From the IMG/VR virus record IMGVR_UViG_2681813317_000014: a stretch of 31,190 nt of DNA. One strand, 5' to 3'. Below, piece by piece: positions 8,268-15,789 of this stretch. The DNA comes from a virus. Taxonomy: Duplodnaviria > Heunggongvirae > Uroviricota > Caudoviricetes. A program made the position numbers and the translations under genes. The number at the start of each line of letters is the position of its first letter. Positions within the stretch are counted from its first letter, which is position 1. The notes below the pieces were generated by a model. The model did not search any database, had not been told where the DNA came from, and saw only the letters and a program-made list of their open reading frames with translations.

Positions 8268-9325
8268 CCCGTAAATACGTGGATGATGAAGTCCTGGAAT
8301 TAAGGCTGTATGTGGATGAACAGATGAGAAACCACATTGCCGCACAGGATCCTCATACCCAGTATGCACAGAAACATAATCCGACATTTACCGGAGAACC
8401 AAAAGCGCCGACGCCTGATGCAGGAAATAACACCACGCGGATTGCGACCACTGCGTTTGTACAGGCTGCTATTACCGCTCTGATTAACGGTGCGCCAGCC
8501 ACGCTGGACACACTGAAAGAAATTGCCGCAGCCATTAACAATGACCCGAAATTCAGCACCACCATTAACAATGCGCTGGCACTGAAAGCGCCGCTGTCGA
8601 GTCCCGCACTTACCGGAACGCCAACAGCACCTACTGCGGCACAGTCGGTCAACAATACACAGATTGCCACCACGGCTTTTGTGAAATCAGCAATTGCGGC
8701 AATGGTGGGTTCTGCCCCTGCGGCACTGGATACACTGAATGAACTGGCGGCGGCGCTGGGGAATGACCCTAACTTTTCAACAACAGTGCTTAATGCACTG
8801 GCAGGCAAACAACCGCTGGACAATACGCTTACTAATTTGAGTGGAAAGGATGTGGCTGGTCTTCTCGCATACCTTGGTTTGGGAGAAGGCTCTGCATTAC
8901 CTGTTGGTGTCCCTGTTCCGTGGCCTTCAGCTACGCCGCCAACAGGCTGGCTGAAATGCAATGGCGCTGCCTTTGATAAGGTTAAATATCCCCGTCTTGC
9001 TACAGCATATCCATCAGGGAAACTACCTGATCTCCGCGGTGAGTTTATTCGTGGCTGGGATGATGGGCGCGGCATTGATACAGGGCGTGCTTTATTGAGT
9101 ATTCAGAGTGATGAAGTCAGAAAGCTCGCATTAAAATACTGGGGACCAGCTTCAAACAGTTCACCATCAAAAACATTTGCACTCAGCGACAGTGCCGGTG
9201 GCGGGTTGTACACGGATGGAATAAGTCAGGCAAGCGGTGGGATTATCAACGCTTTTCAGCTCCCTGGTGGTAACGAAACCCGCCCACGAAATGTTGCATT
9301 TAACTATATCGTGAGGGCTGCATAA
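8231..9325 (+). CDS. Alternative tail-fibre cassette: 5'-truncated H middle region fused to variable C-terminal receptor-binding domain C2
   Basis: 364-aa ORF. Residues about 12-216 are identical to the H middle region. After the YLGLGE junction (cix site 2) it continues into a different C-terminus (GSALPVGVPVPWPSATPPTGWLKCNGAAFDKVKYPRLA...NVAFNYIVRAA) of the Mu S / P1 S / P2 H tail-fibre tip type. It would fuse to H after inversion between sites 2 and 3. Confidence 0.65.
   Translation: MFLPASVSVRPATRKYVDDEVLELRLYVDEQMRNHIAAQDPHTQYAQKHNPTFTGEPKAPTPDAGNNTTRIATTAFVQAAITALINGAPATLDTLKEIAAAINNDPKFSTTINNALALKAPLSSPALTGTPTAPTAAQSVNNTQIATTAFVKSAIAAMVGSAPAALDTLNELAAALGNDPNFSTTVLNALAGKQPLDNTLTNLSGKDVAGLLAYLGLGEGSALPVGVPVPWPSATPPTGWLKCNGAAFDKVKYPRLATAYPSGKLPDLRGEFIRGWDDGRGIDTGRALLSIQSDEVRKLALKYWGPASNSSPSKTFALSDSAGGGLYTDGISQASGGIINAFQLPGGNETRPRNVAFNYIVRAA
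8268..8887. repeat. Inverted duplication arm M (copy of H middle region, codons about 149-344, ending in cix site 2), partner 10723..11342
   Basis: ORF 8231..9325 shares the segment ATRKYVDDEV...AGLLAYLGLGE with H. Reverse-complement identity was checked at both ends (8268..8291 against 11319..11342; 8860..8887 against 10723..10750), with coordinates pairing as p and 19610 minus p. It abuts arm A with no spacer at 8267/8268. Confidence 0.8.
8862..8887 (+). other. cix/gix-like 26-bp crossover site 2 (TTCTCGCATACC TT GGTTTGGGAGAA)
   Basis: Imperfect 12-bp inverted arms around a 2-bp core, strongly resembling hixL (TTCTTGAAAACC AA GGTTTTTGATAA) from memory. It is the exact reverse complement of site 3 and lies on the codons for LGLGE at the constant/variable junction. 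Confidence 0.6.
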
Positions 9326-9927
9326 TGGATAATGCTGTATTAAATAGCGAGTTTATTGCCACGAAGGCGGGGAATATTACCGTCTATAACTATGATAGTG
9401 AAACACGGGAATATATTTCCACATCAACTGAATATCTTGCTGTGGGGGTCGGTATTCCAGCATGTTCCTGTCTTGATGCACCTGGCATACATAAGGTTGG
9501 TTATGCAATCTGTCGTTCTGTGAATTTAAATTCATGGGAATATGTGCCAGACCATCGCGGTAAAATCGTCTATAGCACAGAAACAGGAGAATCAAAAGAA
9601 ATCACAGCTCCGGGTGATTACCCTGAAAATACAACCACTATCGCCCCTTTATCTCCATACGATAAATGGGATGGTGAGAAATGGGTGACCGATACTGAGG
9701 CACAGCATAGCGCCGCAGTCGAAGCGGCAGAAGCACAGCGCCAGTCACTGATTGATGCTGCTATGGCTTCCATCAGTCTGATTCAACTGAAATTGCAGGC
9801 CGGACGGAAACTGACGCAGGCAGAAACAACCCGACTTAACGCCGTGCTGGATTACACTGACGCGGTGACGGCAACAGATACCAGCACCGCGCCGGATGTC
9901 ATCTGGCCTGAACTGCCGGAGGCGTAG
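9325..9927 (+). CDS. Tail fibre assembly protein, cassette-2 chaperone (Tfa/gpG/Mu U-like)
   Basis: 200-aa ORF directly downstream of the C2 cassette. Its C-terminal tail (LQAGRKLTQAETTRLNAVLDYTDAVTATDTSTAPDVIWPELPEA) is of the tail-fibre chaperone type. Its last 29 nt overlap, on the opposite strand, the 3' end of the convergent tfa1 gene. Confidence 0.8.
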   Translation: MDNAVLNSEFIATKAGNITVYNYDSETREYISTSTEYLAVGVGIPACSCLDAPGIHKVGYAICRSVNLNSWEYVPDHRGKIVYSTETGESKEITAPGDYPENTTTIAPLSPYDKWDGEKWVTDTEAQHSAAVEAAEAQRQSLIDAAMASISLIQLKLQAGRKLTQAETTRLNAVLDYTDAVTATDTSTAPDVIWPELPEA

Positions 9928-10736
9928 GCCATTTAATATCTGGCGCACCGGAAGTATCGACCAGTTCCAGTGCGTCCAGATAATCCAGCCACAGATTATA
10001 TTGCGCCAGTTCCTCGCCTTTCAGACGACCAATAGCCGCTTTACCAGGCCATTGTTTACTGTTCATATAATCGTTGGCCTGATTAATTAGTAGCTGTCTT
10101 TCTGATTCAGTAATTTCAATAAGTTCTTCATGCGTAGGGGCAGGAATATCCGCCCACGCGGGCAGCCCATCACCTCCGGCAATACGGATTTTTCCTTGTG
10201 GCGGTTCAGCCATAAATTCACTGATAATATTTTGACTCACCTCCTTAGCATCTGATAAATCCCATCCCTCTGATTTATATTTATCAATCATATCCACAGG
10301 GAAAAAAGCATTATGCCTTGCGCTATAAACATATTCGTTCATATAAATCATCCTGAATAAAATTATTCACCAACAGCCCACCAACTGTAAGTCATTGACA
10401 CCTTGTCGCTGGTTGATGCAGTTCTGTAAGCAGAATTAAAGCCGGTTAATGTTGGGCCTTCTACGGACATAACGAATCCACGCCCTGCACCAAAAGGCGC
10501 ACCGCCATCGCCAGAATGGGTAAGAATGGCGATATCCGCTTTTTTAGGGAAAGGGATAGGAAATGTAATCCTCATTGTTTGCGTCGATAATTTCGGCATA
10601 GCCTCACCTCGACCATATTGCAGGATTTTCCCGTTGGGTAATTTCATCCATCCATCACCACTGGCAAACGAGGCCATGTCCGGTATCTGATTTTCCCCTG
10701 TCCCCACATTCCGTTTTGCCGCTTCTCCCAAACCAA
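9793..10736. repeat. Inverted duplication arm A' (active copy: 3' end of tfa2, tfa1, C1 part of H)
   Basis: Reverse complement of 7324..8267; see arm A. Confidence 0.8.
9899..10351 (-). CDS. G: Tail fibre assembly protein (gene G equivalent, cassette-1 chaperone, currently linked to H)
   Basis: 150-aa ORF 11 nt downstream of the H stop on the same strand. This is the P2 gene G position. Confidence 0.88.
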   Translation of the reverse strand: MIYMNEYVYSARHNAFFPVDMIDKYKSEGWDLSDAKEVSQNIISEFMAEPPQGKIRIAGGDGLPAWADIPAPTHEELIEITESERQLLINQANDYMNSKQWPGKAAIGRLKGEELAQYNLWLDYLDALELVDTSGAPDIKWPTPPAVQAR

Positions 10737-11784
10737 GGTATGCGAGAAGACCAGCCACATCCTTTCCACTCAAATTAGTAAGCGTATTGTCCAGCGGTTG
10801 TTTGCCTGCCAGTGCATTAAGCACTGTTGTTGAAAAGTTAGGGTCATTCCCCAGCGCCGCCGCCAGTTCATTCAGTGTATCCAGTGCCGCAGGGGCAGAA
10901 CCCACCATTGCCGCAATTGCTGATTTCACAAAAGCCGTGGTGGCAATCTGTGTATTGTTGACCGACTGTGCCGCAGTAGGTGCTGTTGGCGTTCCGGTAA
11001 GTGCGGGACTCGACAGCGGCGCTTTCAGTGCCAGCGCATTGTTAATGGTGGTGCTGAATTTCGGGTCATTGTTAATGGCTGCGGCAATTTCTTTCAGTGT
11101 GTCCAGCGTGGCTGGCGCACCGTTAATCAGAGCGGTAATAGCAGCCTGTACAAACGCAGTGGTCGCAATCCGCGTGGTGTTATTTCCTGCATCAGGCGTC
11201 GGCGCTTTTGGTTCTCCGGTAAATGTCGGATTATGTTTCTGTGCATACTGGGTATGAGGATCCTGTGCGGCAATGTGGTTTCTCATCTGTTCATCCACAT
11301 ACAGCCTTAATTCCAGGACTTCATCATCCACGTATTTACGGGTCGCCAGTACCACCGACGGGTCGATTTTCAGCGTGATGGCTTCGGTATTCGTGACAAC
11401 CAGAATCATGCGGATAGTCTGGGTACGACCACTGCCTTCCTGCAACTGCGGTTTGTACGTTTCCGGGCAGTTCGCCACCGCAATGAGTACGCCTTCATCA
11501 TCATAAAGCCCAATCTCACGGATCCAGAATCCGCCCTCGTTCTCAGGGATGATTTGCTCCGCAATAATCTGGCTCTGGTTGTTCGGGTCAACACTCAGAA
11601 GATTCAGCGGCGCGATGCGTTTCTGGCTAATCAGTTTTGTCTGTGCCGGGTCTGGTGTCGGCAAGACACCATTCGCATCACCAACGGCCATTTGCGTCAG
11701 ATTCAGCTTACTGCCGAGCATCGTCGCGTTAGCCAGCCGTGCTGCGCCCTGATTAGTCAGAATGGCGTAGTATTTCACTGTCAT
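10363..11784 (-). CDS. H: Tail fibre protein H (constant N-terminal and middle part plus variable C-terminal cassette C1)
   Basis: 473-aa ORF with an N-terminus of the P2 H type (MAVGD..., GGFW.RE.GLYDD.G.LIAVAN motif) and the conserved YLGLGE junction followed by the variable C-terminus. Its start overlaps the gene I stop by 4 nt. Confidence 0.9.
   Translation of the reverse strand: MTVKYYAILTNQGAARLANATMLGSKLNLTQMAVGDANGVLPTPDPAQTKLISQKRIAPLNLLSVDPNNQSQIIAEQIIPENEGGFWIREIGLYDDEGVLIAVANCPETYKPQLQEGSGRTQTIRMILVVTNTEAITLKIDPSVVLATRKYVDDEVLELRLYVDEQMRNHIAAQDPHTQYAQKHNPTFTGEPKAPTPDAGNNTTRIATTAFVQAAITALINGAPATLDTLKEIAAAINNDPKFSTTINNALALKAPLSSPALTGTPTAPTAAQSVNNTQIATTAFVKSAIAAMVGSAPAALDTLNELAAALGNDPNFSTTVLNALAGKQPLDNTLTNLSGKDVAGLLAYLGLGEAAKRNVGTGENQIPDMASFASGDGWMKLPNGKILQYGRGEAMPKLSTQTMRITFPIPFPKKADIAILTHSGDGGAPFGAGRGFVMSVEGPTLTGFNSAYRTASTSDKVSMTYSWWAVGE
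10723..10748 (+). other. cix/gix-like 26-bp crossover site 3 (TTCTCCCAAACC AA GGTATGCGAGAA), inside H
   Basis: Exact reverse complement of site 2. It lies in H at the LGLGE codons, in inverted orientation relative to sites 1 and 2. Confidence 0.6.
10723..11342. repeat. Inverted duplication arm M' (H middle region, active copy)
   Basis: Reverse complement of 8268..8887; see arm M. Confidence 0.8.
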
Positions 11785-12392
11785 GCGTTTACTCTCAGGT
11801 TATCAATTAAATGAATGGCCGAGGCCGGGAAATAATCCCCTCCGACAATAATGGCCTCCGGGGTGTAGGGATAAACCGTCAGGGCGTCACCGTGATAGCA
11901 TCCCGCACCGGCAAAAATGTTGCCGGTTGTACTTAAACTGATAGCCAGTCCCGTCAGATGGCGGCTCGCCGGTTTTGCATCAGCAACGAGGCGCTCCAGC
12001 TCCTGATACATTTCCTCGGTAATACCCTGCTCAAGCACGCCAACAACGATGCGGAACGTCCCCGGCTCCTCGTTGAGCTGCCACCACTCCCTCACCTCAA
12101 TCAGATAGCCGAGCGGCTCCACCACACGGCGAATCGCACCAATAGTGCCCTTATGGCAGTGAATGAAATACGCATCGCGGATAACAGCGCGTTTTGTCGC
12201 TTCCGGCCACTTATCATCCCAGCGGTCAACCGAAAATGACCACGCCAGCCACGGCAGCAGATTTGCCGGACAGGTATCCGGGTTCCACAGCTCACGAATA
12301 CTGACCGGCGTTTTTTCAATTTCCGCACAGGCTTTTGCGGCGGCGACTTCAAGTGGTGATGAGCCGGTCGGCAGCAGGCGCGAATCACTCAT
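11781..12392 (-). CDS. I: Baseplate assembly protein I
   Basis: 203-aa ORF between J and H, overlapping both neighbours by a few nt (coupled). Order matches P2 gpI. Confidence 0.9.
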   Translation of the reverse strand: MSDSRLLPTGSSPLEVAAAKACAEIEKTPVSIRELWNPDTCPANLLPWLAWSFSVDRWDDKWPEATKRAVIRDAYFIHCHKGTIGAIRRVVEPLGYLIEVREWWQLNEEPGTFRIVVGVLEQGITEEMYQELERLVADAKPASRHLTGLAISLSTTGNIFAGAGCYHGDALTVYPYTPEAIIVGGDYFPASAIHLIDNLRVNA

Positions 12393-13293
12393 CCGAGCCT
12401 CCGGTCACGACGCGGTACTCAGTACAGAAAGACGCCTGCGTGCTGTTAAGCACGATATCGTCCAGCGGTGCAGCCAGTTCGACACGCTGCACGCCTTCCA
12501 CATGCAAAGCGGCATAAATGGCAGACAGACGGATGTCGCGCCCCAGCCGGTGCTGTGCCGTGATGTACGCTTCCAGTTTTTTCACGGCAGCAGCGCGGAT
12601 GGGTTCGCTTTCGGGACCAGGGTAAAGGTAAAGCGTGGCGTTTATCTGGTATTCAACAATGGCGGCAGACTGCACGGTCACGCGGTCGGCCACCGGCCTG
12701 ACGTCCTCGCCATTAAGGGCGTTACGCACCACGGCCAGCAGGTCTTCGGATGCGACACCGTTATTTTCGCGGGACAGCACGGAGATAGTGACACAGGCCG
12801 GAGACGGACTGGTGACAGAGATATCCGCGACACGCCCGTCGGCACTGCGACCATGATACTGATAGGCTCCCACCGACCCGGCAACGCTTAAACCTTCAAA
12901 CGCCTGCTGAATACGCAGACGATAATCGGTGTCAGATTCCATCACTGCCGGTGTCGGCGGGATGGTCGAATCATCTGCCGGGGTGATAATCAGGCGTGTG
13001 GTGTTGTAATTGGCACCAATCACATCAAGGTCATTACCGGCTGCACAGGCCAGCATCACCGCCCGTGCGGCCTCATTCACACGCTGACGCCAGATAAGCT
13101 CACGATAAGCATTTTCCTCCAGCAGTTTGACGAGAGGTTCGGATTCCAGCGTCAGGGTACGGGCGACCGCGTCCTGCTGGTCTTCCGGGTAAAGGGAAAT
13201 CAGTGTCGCCTTGCGTTCGGCAAGAATGGTTTCAAAGTCCAGCTCCTCGACCACATCCGGTACGGGTAGCTGGTTCAGGTCGATAATCGGCAT
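12385..13293 (-). CDS. J: Baseplate assembly protein J
   Basis: 302-aa ORF in P2 gpJ position and size (baseplate wedge, gp6-like). Confidence 0.93.
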   Translation of the reverse strand: MPIIDLNQLPVPDVVEELDFETILAERKATLISLYPEDQQDAVARTLTLESEPLVKLLEENAYRELIWRQRVNEAARAVMLACAAGNDLDVIGANYNTTRLIITPADDSTIPPTPAVMESDTDYRLRIQQAFEGLSVAGSVGAYQYHGRSADGRVADISVTSPSPACVTISVLSRENNGVASEDLLAVVRNALNGEDVRPVADRVTVQSAAIVEYQINATLYLYPGPESEPIRAAAVKKLEAYITAQHRLGRDIRLSAIYAALHVEGVQRVELAAPLDDIVLNSTQASFCTEYRVVTGGSDE

Positions 13294-13297
13294 GGTT

Positions 13298-13645
13298 TCA
13301 ACTCACAGGGATGGTTAACGAAAGTGGCTGGCCGGTGTCGTTGTGCTGACCGGTTAACGTGACCGTCATTCGCCCGTCAAAACTGCGCGCCGTGGTGACG
13401 GATGACAGGGTGACGCGGGGTTCCCATTTCAGCACTGCCATGTAACAGGCGACCTTAATCTGCAACTCAAGCGCCGGAGTCTGCGGCTGGTCAATCATTG
13501 ACGCCAGCAACGAGCCGTAATCACGACGCATCACCCGTGAGCCGACCGGTGTGCGCAGGATATCGCCGATACTCTGGCTGATATGCTCAAGGTCAGTGAC
13601 CGTCAGGCCATCACTGCGATTCATTCCGAGATAACGCGCTGTCAT
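13298..13645 (-). CDS. W: Baseplate wedge protein W (gp25-like)
   Basis: 115-aa ORF between V and J; matches P2 gpW in size and order. Confidence 0.93.
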   Translation of the reverse strand: MTARYLGMNRSDGLTVTDLEHISQSIGDILRTPVGSRVMRRDYGSLLASMIDQPQTPALELQIKVACYMAVLKWEPRVTLSSVTTARSFDGRMTVTLTGQHNDTGQPLSLTIPVS

Positions 13646-14277
13646 AAAGGACTCCCGGTTGTTCCGCCGCTGTCGCCGGGGTGTTTGTGGGTATGCAGTA
13701 CCTTACCGTTTGATGAGAGTTCACCGCCGGTGTGTTCAATGTTGCCGCGCATCGTCCCACCCTTCTGCACTTCCAGCGTGCCGGTAGTCAGTTTGTTAGT
13801 GCAGACCACTTCCGGTGTGTCCAGGGTGACACGGGTTGACGCTTTCACCGTGACCACCGGTACCGTGGCAGTAACAGAATCAGAAGCCGTCACGCTGGCC
13901 GTTTTAATTCCGCTTACCGTGAGTGCACTGGTTTCGGGTTCATACTCAATCACCGCCCCGTCAGGGAAACGGATATGCAGGGCATCCGCCGACGCAGACG
14001 GCGCGTGGTTATCGCCGGAATAAATCCCCGGCAGAACGAATGCCGTGTCGAGTTCACCGCCCACGGCCAGAATCAGCACCTGTTCCCCCACGGAAGGTGC
14101 CCACCATGTGCGCGAACGACCGGCGCGATGGGTCAGCCACTGAAGCCAGTCGGTGCACATGCCGCCGGTCTGCACACGGCAGCGACCGGCGTTAAGGTCG
14201 GTTTCGACGATAATGCCGGTGCGGATCATGTTACGCAGTGCGCGCGCGAGTTCCTGAATATTTGCGAGAGTGTTCAT
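13642..14277 (-). CDS. V: Baseplate central spike protein V
   Basis: 211-aa ORF, first gene of the V-W-J-I-H-G operon, preceded by a 66-bp intergenic region that probably holds a late promoter. Confidence 0.93.
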   Translation of the reverse strand: MNTLANIQELARALRNMIRTGIIVETDLNAGRCRVQTGGMCTDWLQWLTHRAGRSRTWWAPSVGEQVLILAVGGELDTAFVLPGIYSGDNHAPSASADALHIRFPDGAVIEYEPETSALTVSGIKTASVTASDSVTATVPVVTVKASTRVTLDTPEVVCTNKLTTGTLEVQKGGTMRGNIEHTGGELSSNGKVLHTHKHPGDSGGTTGSPL

Positions 14278-14343
14278 AACGGGAAGGATGCCGCCGGGTC
14301 ATACCGGCGGCAATGTGACGATGAGGTGTCAGGAATGGCACAA

Positions 14344-14796
14344 CTAACGGTCGAGGTGAGCCAGAATAATCTCTTCAATCATCTGCACATCCTCACCGGT
14401 AAAGCCGAGCAGAGGACGCGCCGGATAATCAATTTTCTTACCGTCTTTCCGGTTTTCTTCCGACAGACCGAACTGATGCACGCTGGCGATTTTCGGTGAC
14501 TTCCCGCCGTAAAACTCCATTGATGCCTGTTCCGGGCTGGCGCGGATATGCAAAAAACGACTGGTGATAAGTTTCGCAAACATTTTTCGCTTAACACGAC
14601 CAGTCTTTTTTCTGGCGCTCTGCTGCTGGCGTGGCGCGTAGGGTGTACCGTCCGGGGCTTTCTGAGCCATCACCCGACGCTGCTGACTCTGCCGCAGACG
14701 TTTCGCCAGTTCGGCACTCAGTCGCCGACGCCCTGACGGTGACAGCGACTCAATCAGTCCGGTCAGCCGGTCTTCAAAACGCTTAAACTCATTCAT
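14344..14796 (-). CDS. S: Tail completion protein S
   Basis: 150-aa basic ORF in P2 gpS position; overlaps R by 8 nt. Confidence 0.92.
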   Translation of the reverse strand: MNEFKRFEDRLTGLIESLSPSGRRRLSAELAKRLRQSQQRRVMAQKAPDGTPYAPRQQQSARKKTGRVKRKMFAKLITSRFLHIRASPEQASMEFYGGKSPKIASVHQFGLSEENRKDGKKIDYPARPLLGFTGEDVQMIEEIILAHLDR

Positions 14797-15256
14797 CCCA
14801 CTTGCTCACCAGTTCGCCATTGATATAAAGCTTCATCGGGCGGGTGACCGGCTCCGGCGGCGTGGGTTCCGGGATATTCTTCACATGCAGCGCGCCGTCC
14901 ACCTCACTGACCAGCGTGCGTTCGGTCAGCATCAGGCTGATGCTGATATCAAAGCTGCTGTCATTGTTGATGTCTGCATAAAACGTGAAGCCCTTTTTCT
15001 GGCCTTCGTCGGTGGTCATGATGTCGGGCTGATTTTCCCGCAGCCACGCCAGCACCGGCACGATGAGCAGGTCAAAATCACCGGTAAAGTCGGTCACAAT
15101 CACATTGAGCGTGTAACGCTTTTCGAACGACAGCGACGTCGCCAGCGTGGAGGCAATACTCCCGTTATCCACGAATATCCGAAGCATCTCTGGACTGGTT
15201 TTCAGCACCGTGACGGCATCAGTCAGCGCCCTGCGCAGGCTGTCGGGTTTGAGCAT
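14789..15256 (-). CDS. R: Tail completion protein R
   Basis: 155-aa ORF in P2 gpR position. Confidence 0.92.
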   Translation of the reverse strand: MLKPDSLRRALTDAVTVLKTSPEMLRIFVDNGSIASTLATSLSFEKRYTLNVIVTDFTGDFDLLIVPVLAWLRENQPDIMTTDEGQKKGFTFYADINNDSSFDISISLMLTERTLVSEVDGALHVKNIPEPTPPEPVTRPMKLYINGELVSKWDE

Positions 15257-15509
15257 CGTTTTCGTCCTGACAGTGTTTAATCATTTTTACCTGGCTGGCG
15301 CAGCGTGCCAGCGCGTTCTCAAGCTGCCGGATATCGGCACTTAAATCGCCGTTCGTCTCCGGGTCACTGCCCGGCATCGGGCAAAGACTCACTTTCGGGC
15401 AGGCGTTGGCGACAATCACTGGCGTCGGTGCAGGCCGGGCGCTGGTGCAACCGGCGCACAGCATCAGGCAGGCCAGCGCCGTACCAGCGGCGAAAATCTT
15501 CGTTTTCAT
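15219..15509 (-). CDS. lysC: LysC, Rz1-like outer-membrane lipoprotein spanin
   Basis: 96-aa ORF starting inside lysB in another frame and running past its end. It has a lipoprotein-type signal (hydrophobic stretch plus LCAGC) and a Pro-rich mature part, as in P2 lysC and lambda Rz1. Confidence 0.7.
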   Translation of the reverse strand: MKTKIFAAGTALACLMLCAGCTSARPAPTPVIVANACPKVSLCPMPGSDPETNGDLSADIRQLENALARCASQVKMIKHCQDENDAQTRQPAQGAD

Positions 15510-15789
15510 TCAGTAACCTCGTGATGGTTTTCTCGCGCTGTGCTTCACGCTTCGCCGCGTTCTCCAGTTCCTGACGCAGTGCCACCTGCGCCAGCTCGTT
15601 TTTGTCTGCTCTGGTGAGGGCAACATGAAGCTGATTTTTCAGCATGGTGATGGTCGTCTGCTGCCCGCTGGCGACGTTGTTCGCCCTGTCCAGCGAGGTG
15701 CGCAGGCTGGCGTTTTCATGCTTCGCCAGAAACAGACCGGCCACCGCCAGTGATAACAACACAACCAGCACAATCATCAGCTTTGACAT
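15364..15789 (-). CDS. lysB: LysB, Rz-like inner-membrane spanin
   Basis: 141-aa ORF with an N-terminal transmembrane helix (LMIVLVVLLSLAVAGLFLA) and a coiled-coil periplasmic domain. It follows lysA, as in P2. Confidence 0.85.
   Translation of the reverse strand: MSKLMIVLVVLLSLAVAGLFLAKHENASLRTSLDRANNVASGQQTTITMLKNQLHVALTRADKNELAQVALRQELENAAKREAQREKTITRLLNENEDFRRWYGAGLPDAVRRLHQRPACTDASDCRQRLPESESLPDAGQ

Noticed and set aside
8262-8272. A fourth cix-like site at the 8267/8268 repeat junction
   Set aside because: There is no AAACC-NN-GGTTT-type core or arm symmetry at the junction. The join looks like a recombination scar rather than an invertase site.
8112-8303. 63-aa and 67-aa ORFs antisense within the tfa overlap regions (8112..8303 plus, 9745..9948 minus)
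   Set aside because: They are mirror-image copies created by the inverted repeat and overlap the real chaperone genes on the opposite strand.
8133-8387. 84-aa minus-strand ORF spanning the junction of the two repeat units
   Set aside because: It is a chimeric frame: the tfa2 C-terminal copy read through into antisense of the duplicated H middle region. It is a by-product of the duplication junction rather than a gene.
7324-11342. Possibility that the large repeats are a CRISPR array or an IS element
   Set aside because: There are only two copies of each unit, in inverted orientation and of kilobase scale, both encoding tail-fibre sequence. There is no short repeat-spacer periodicity and no transposase.
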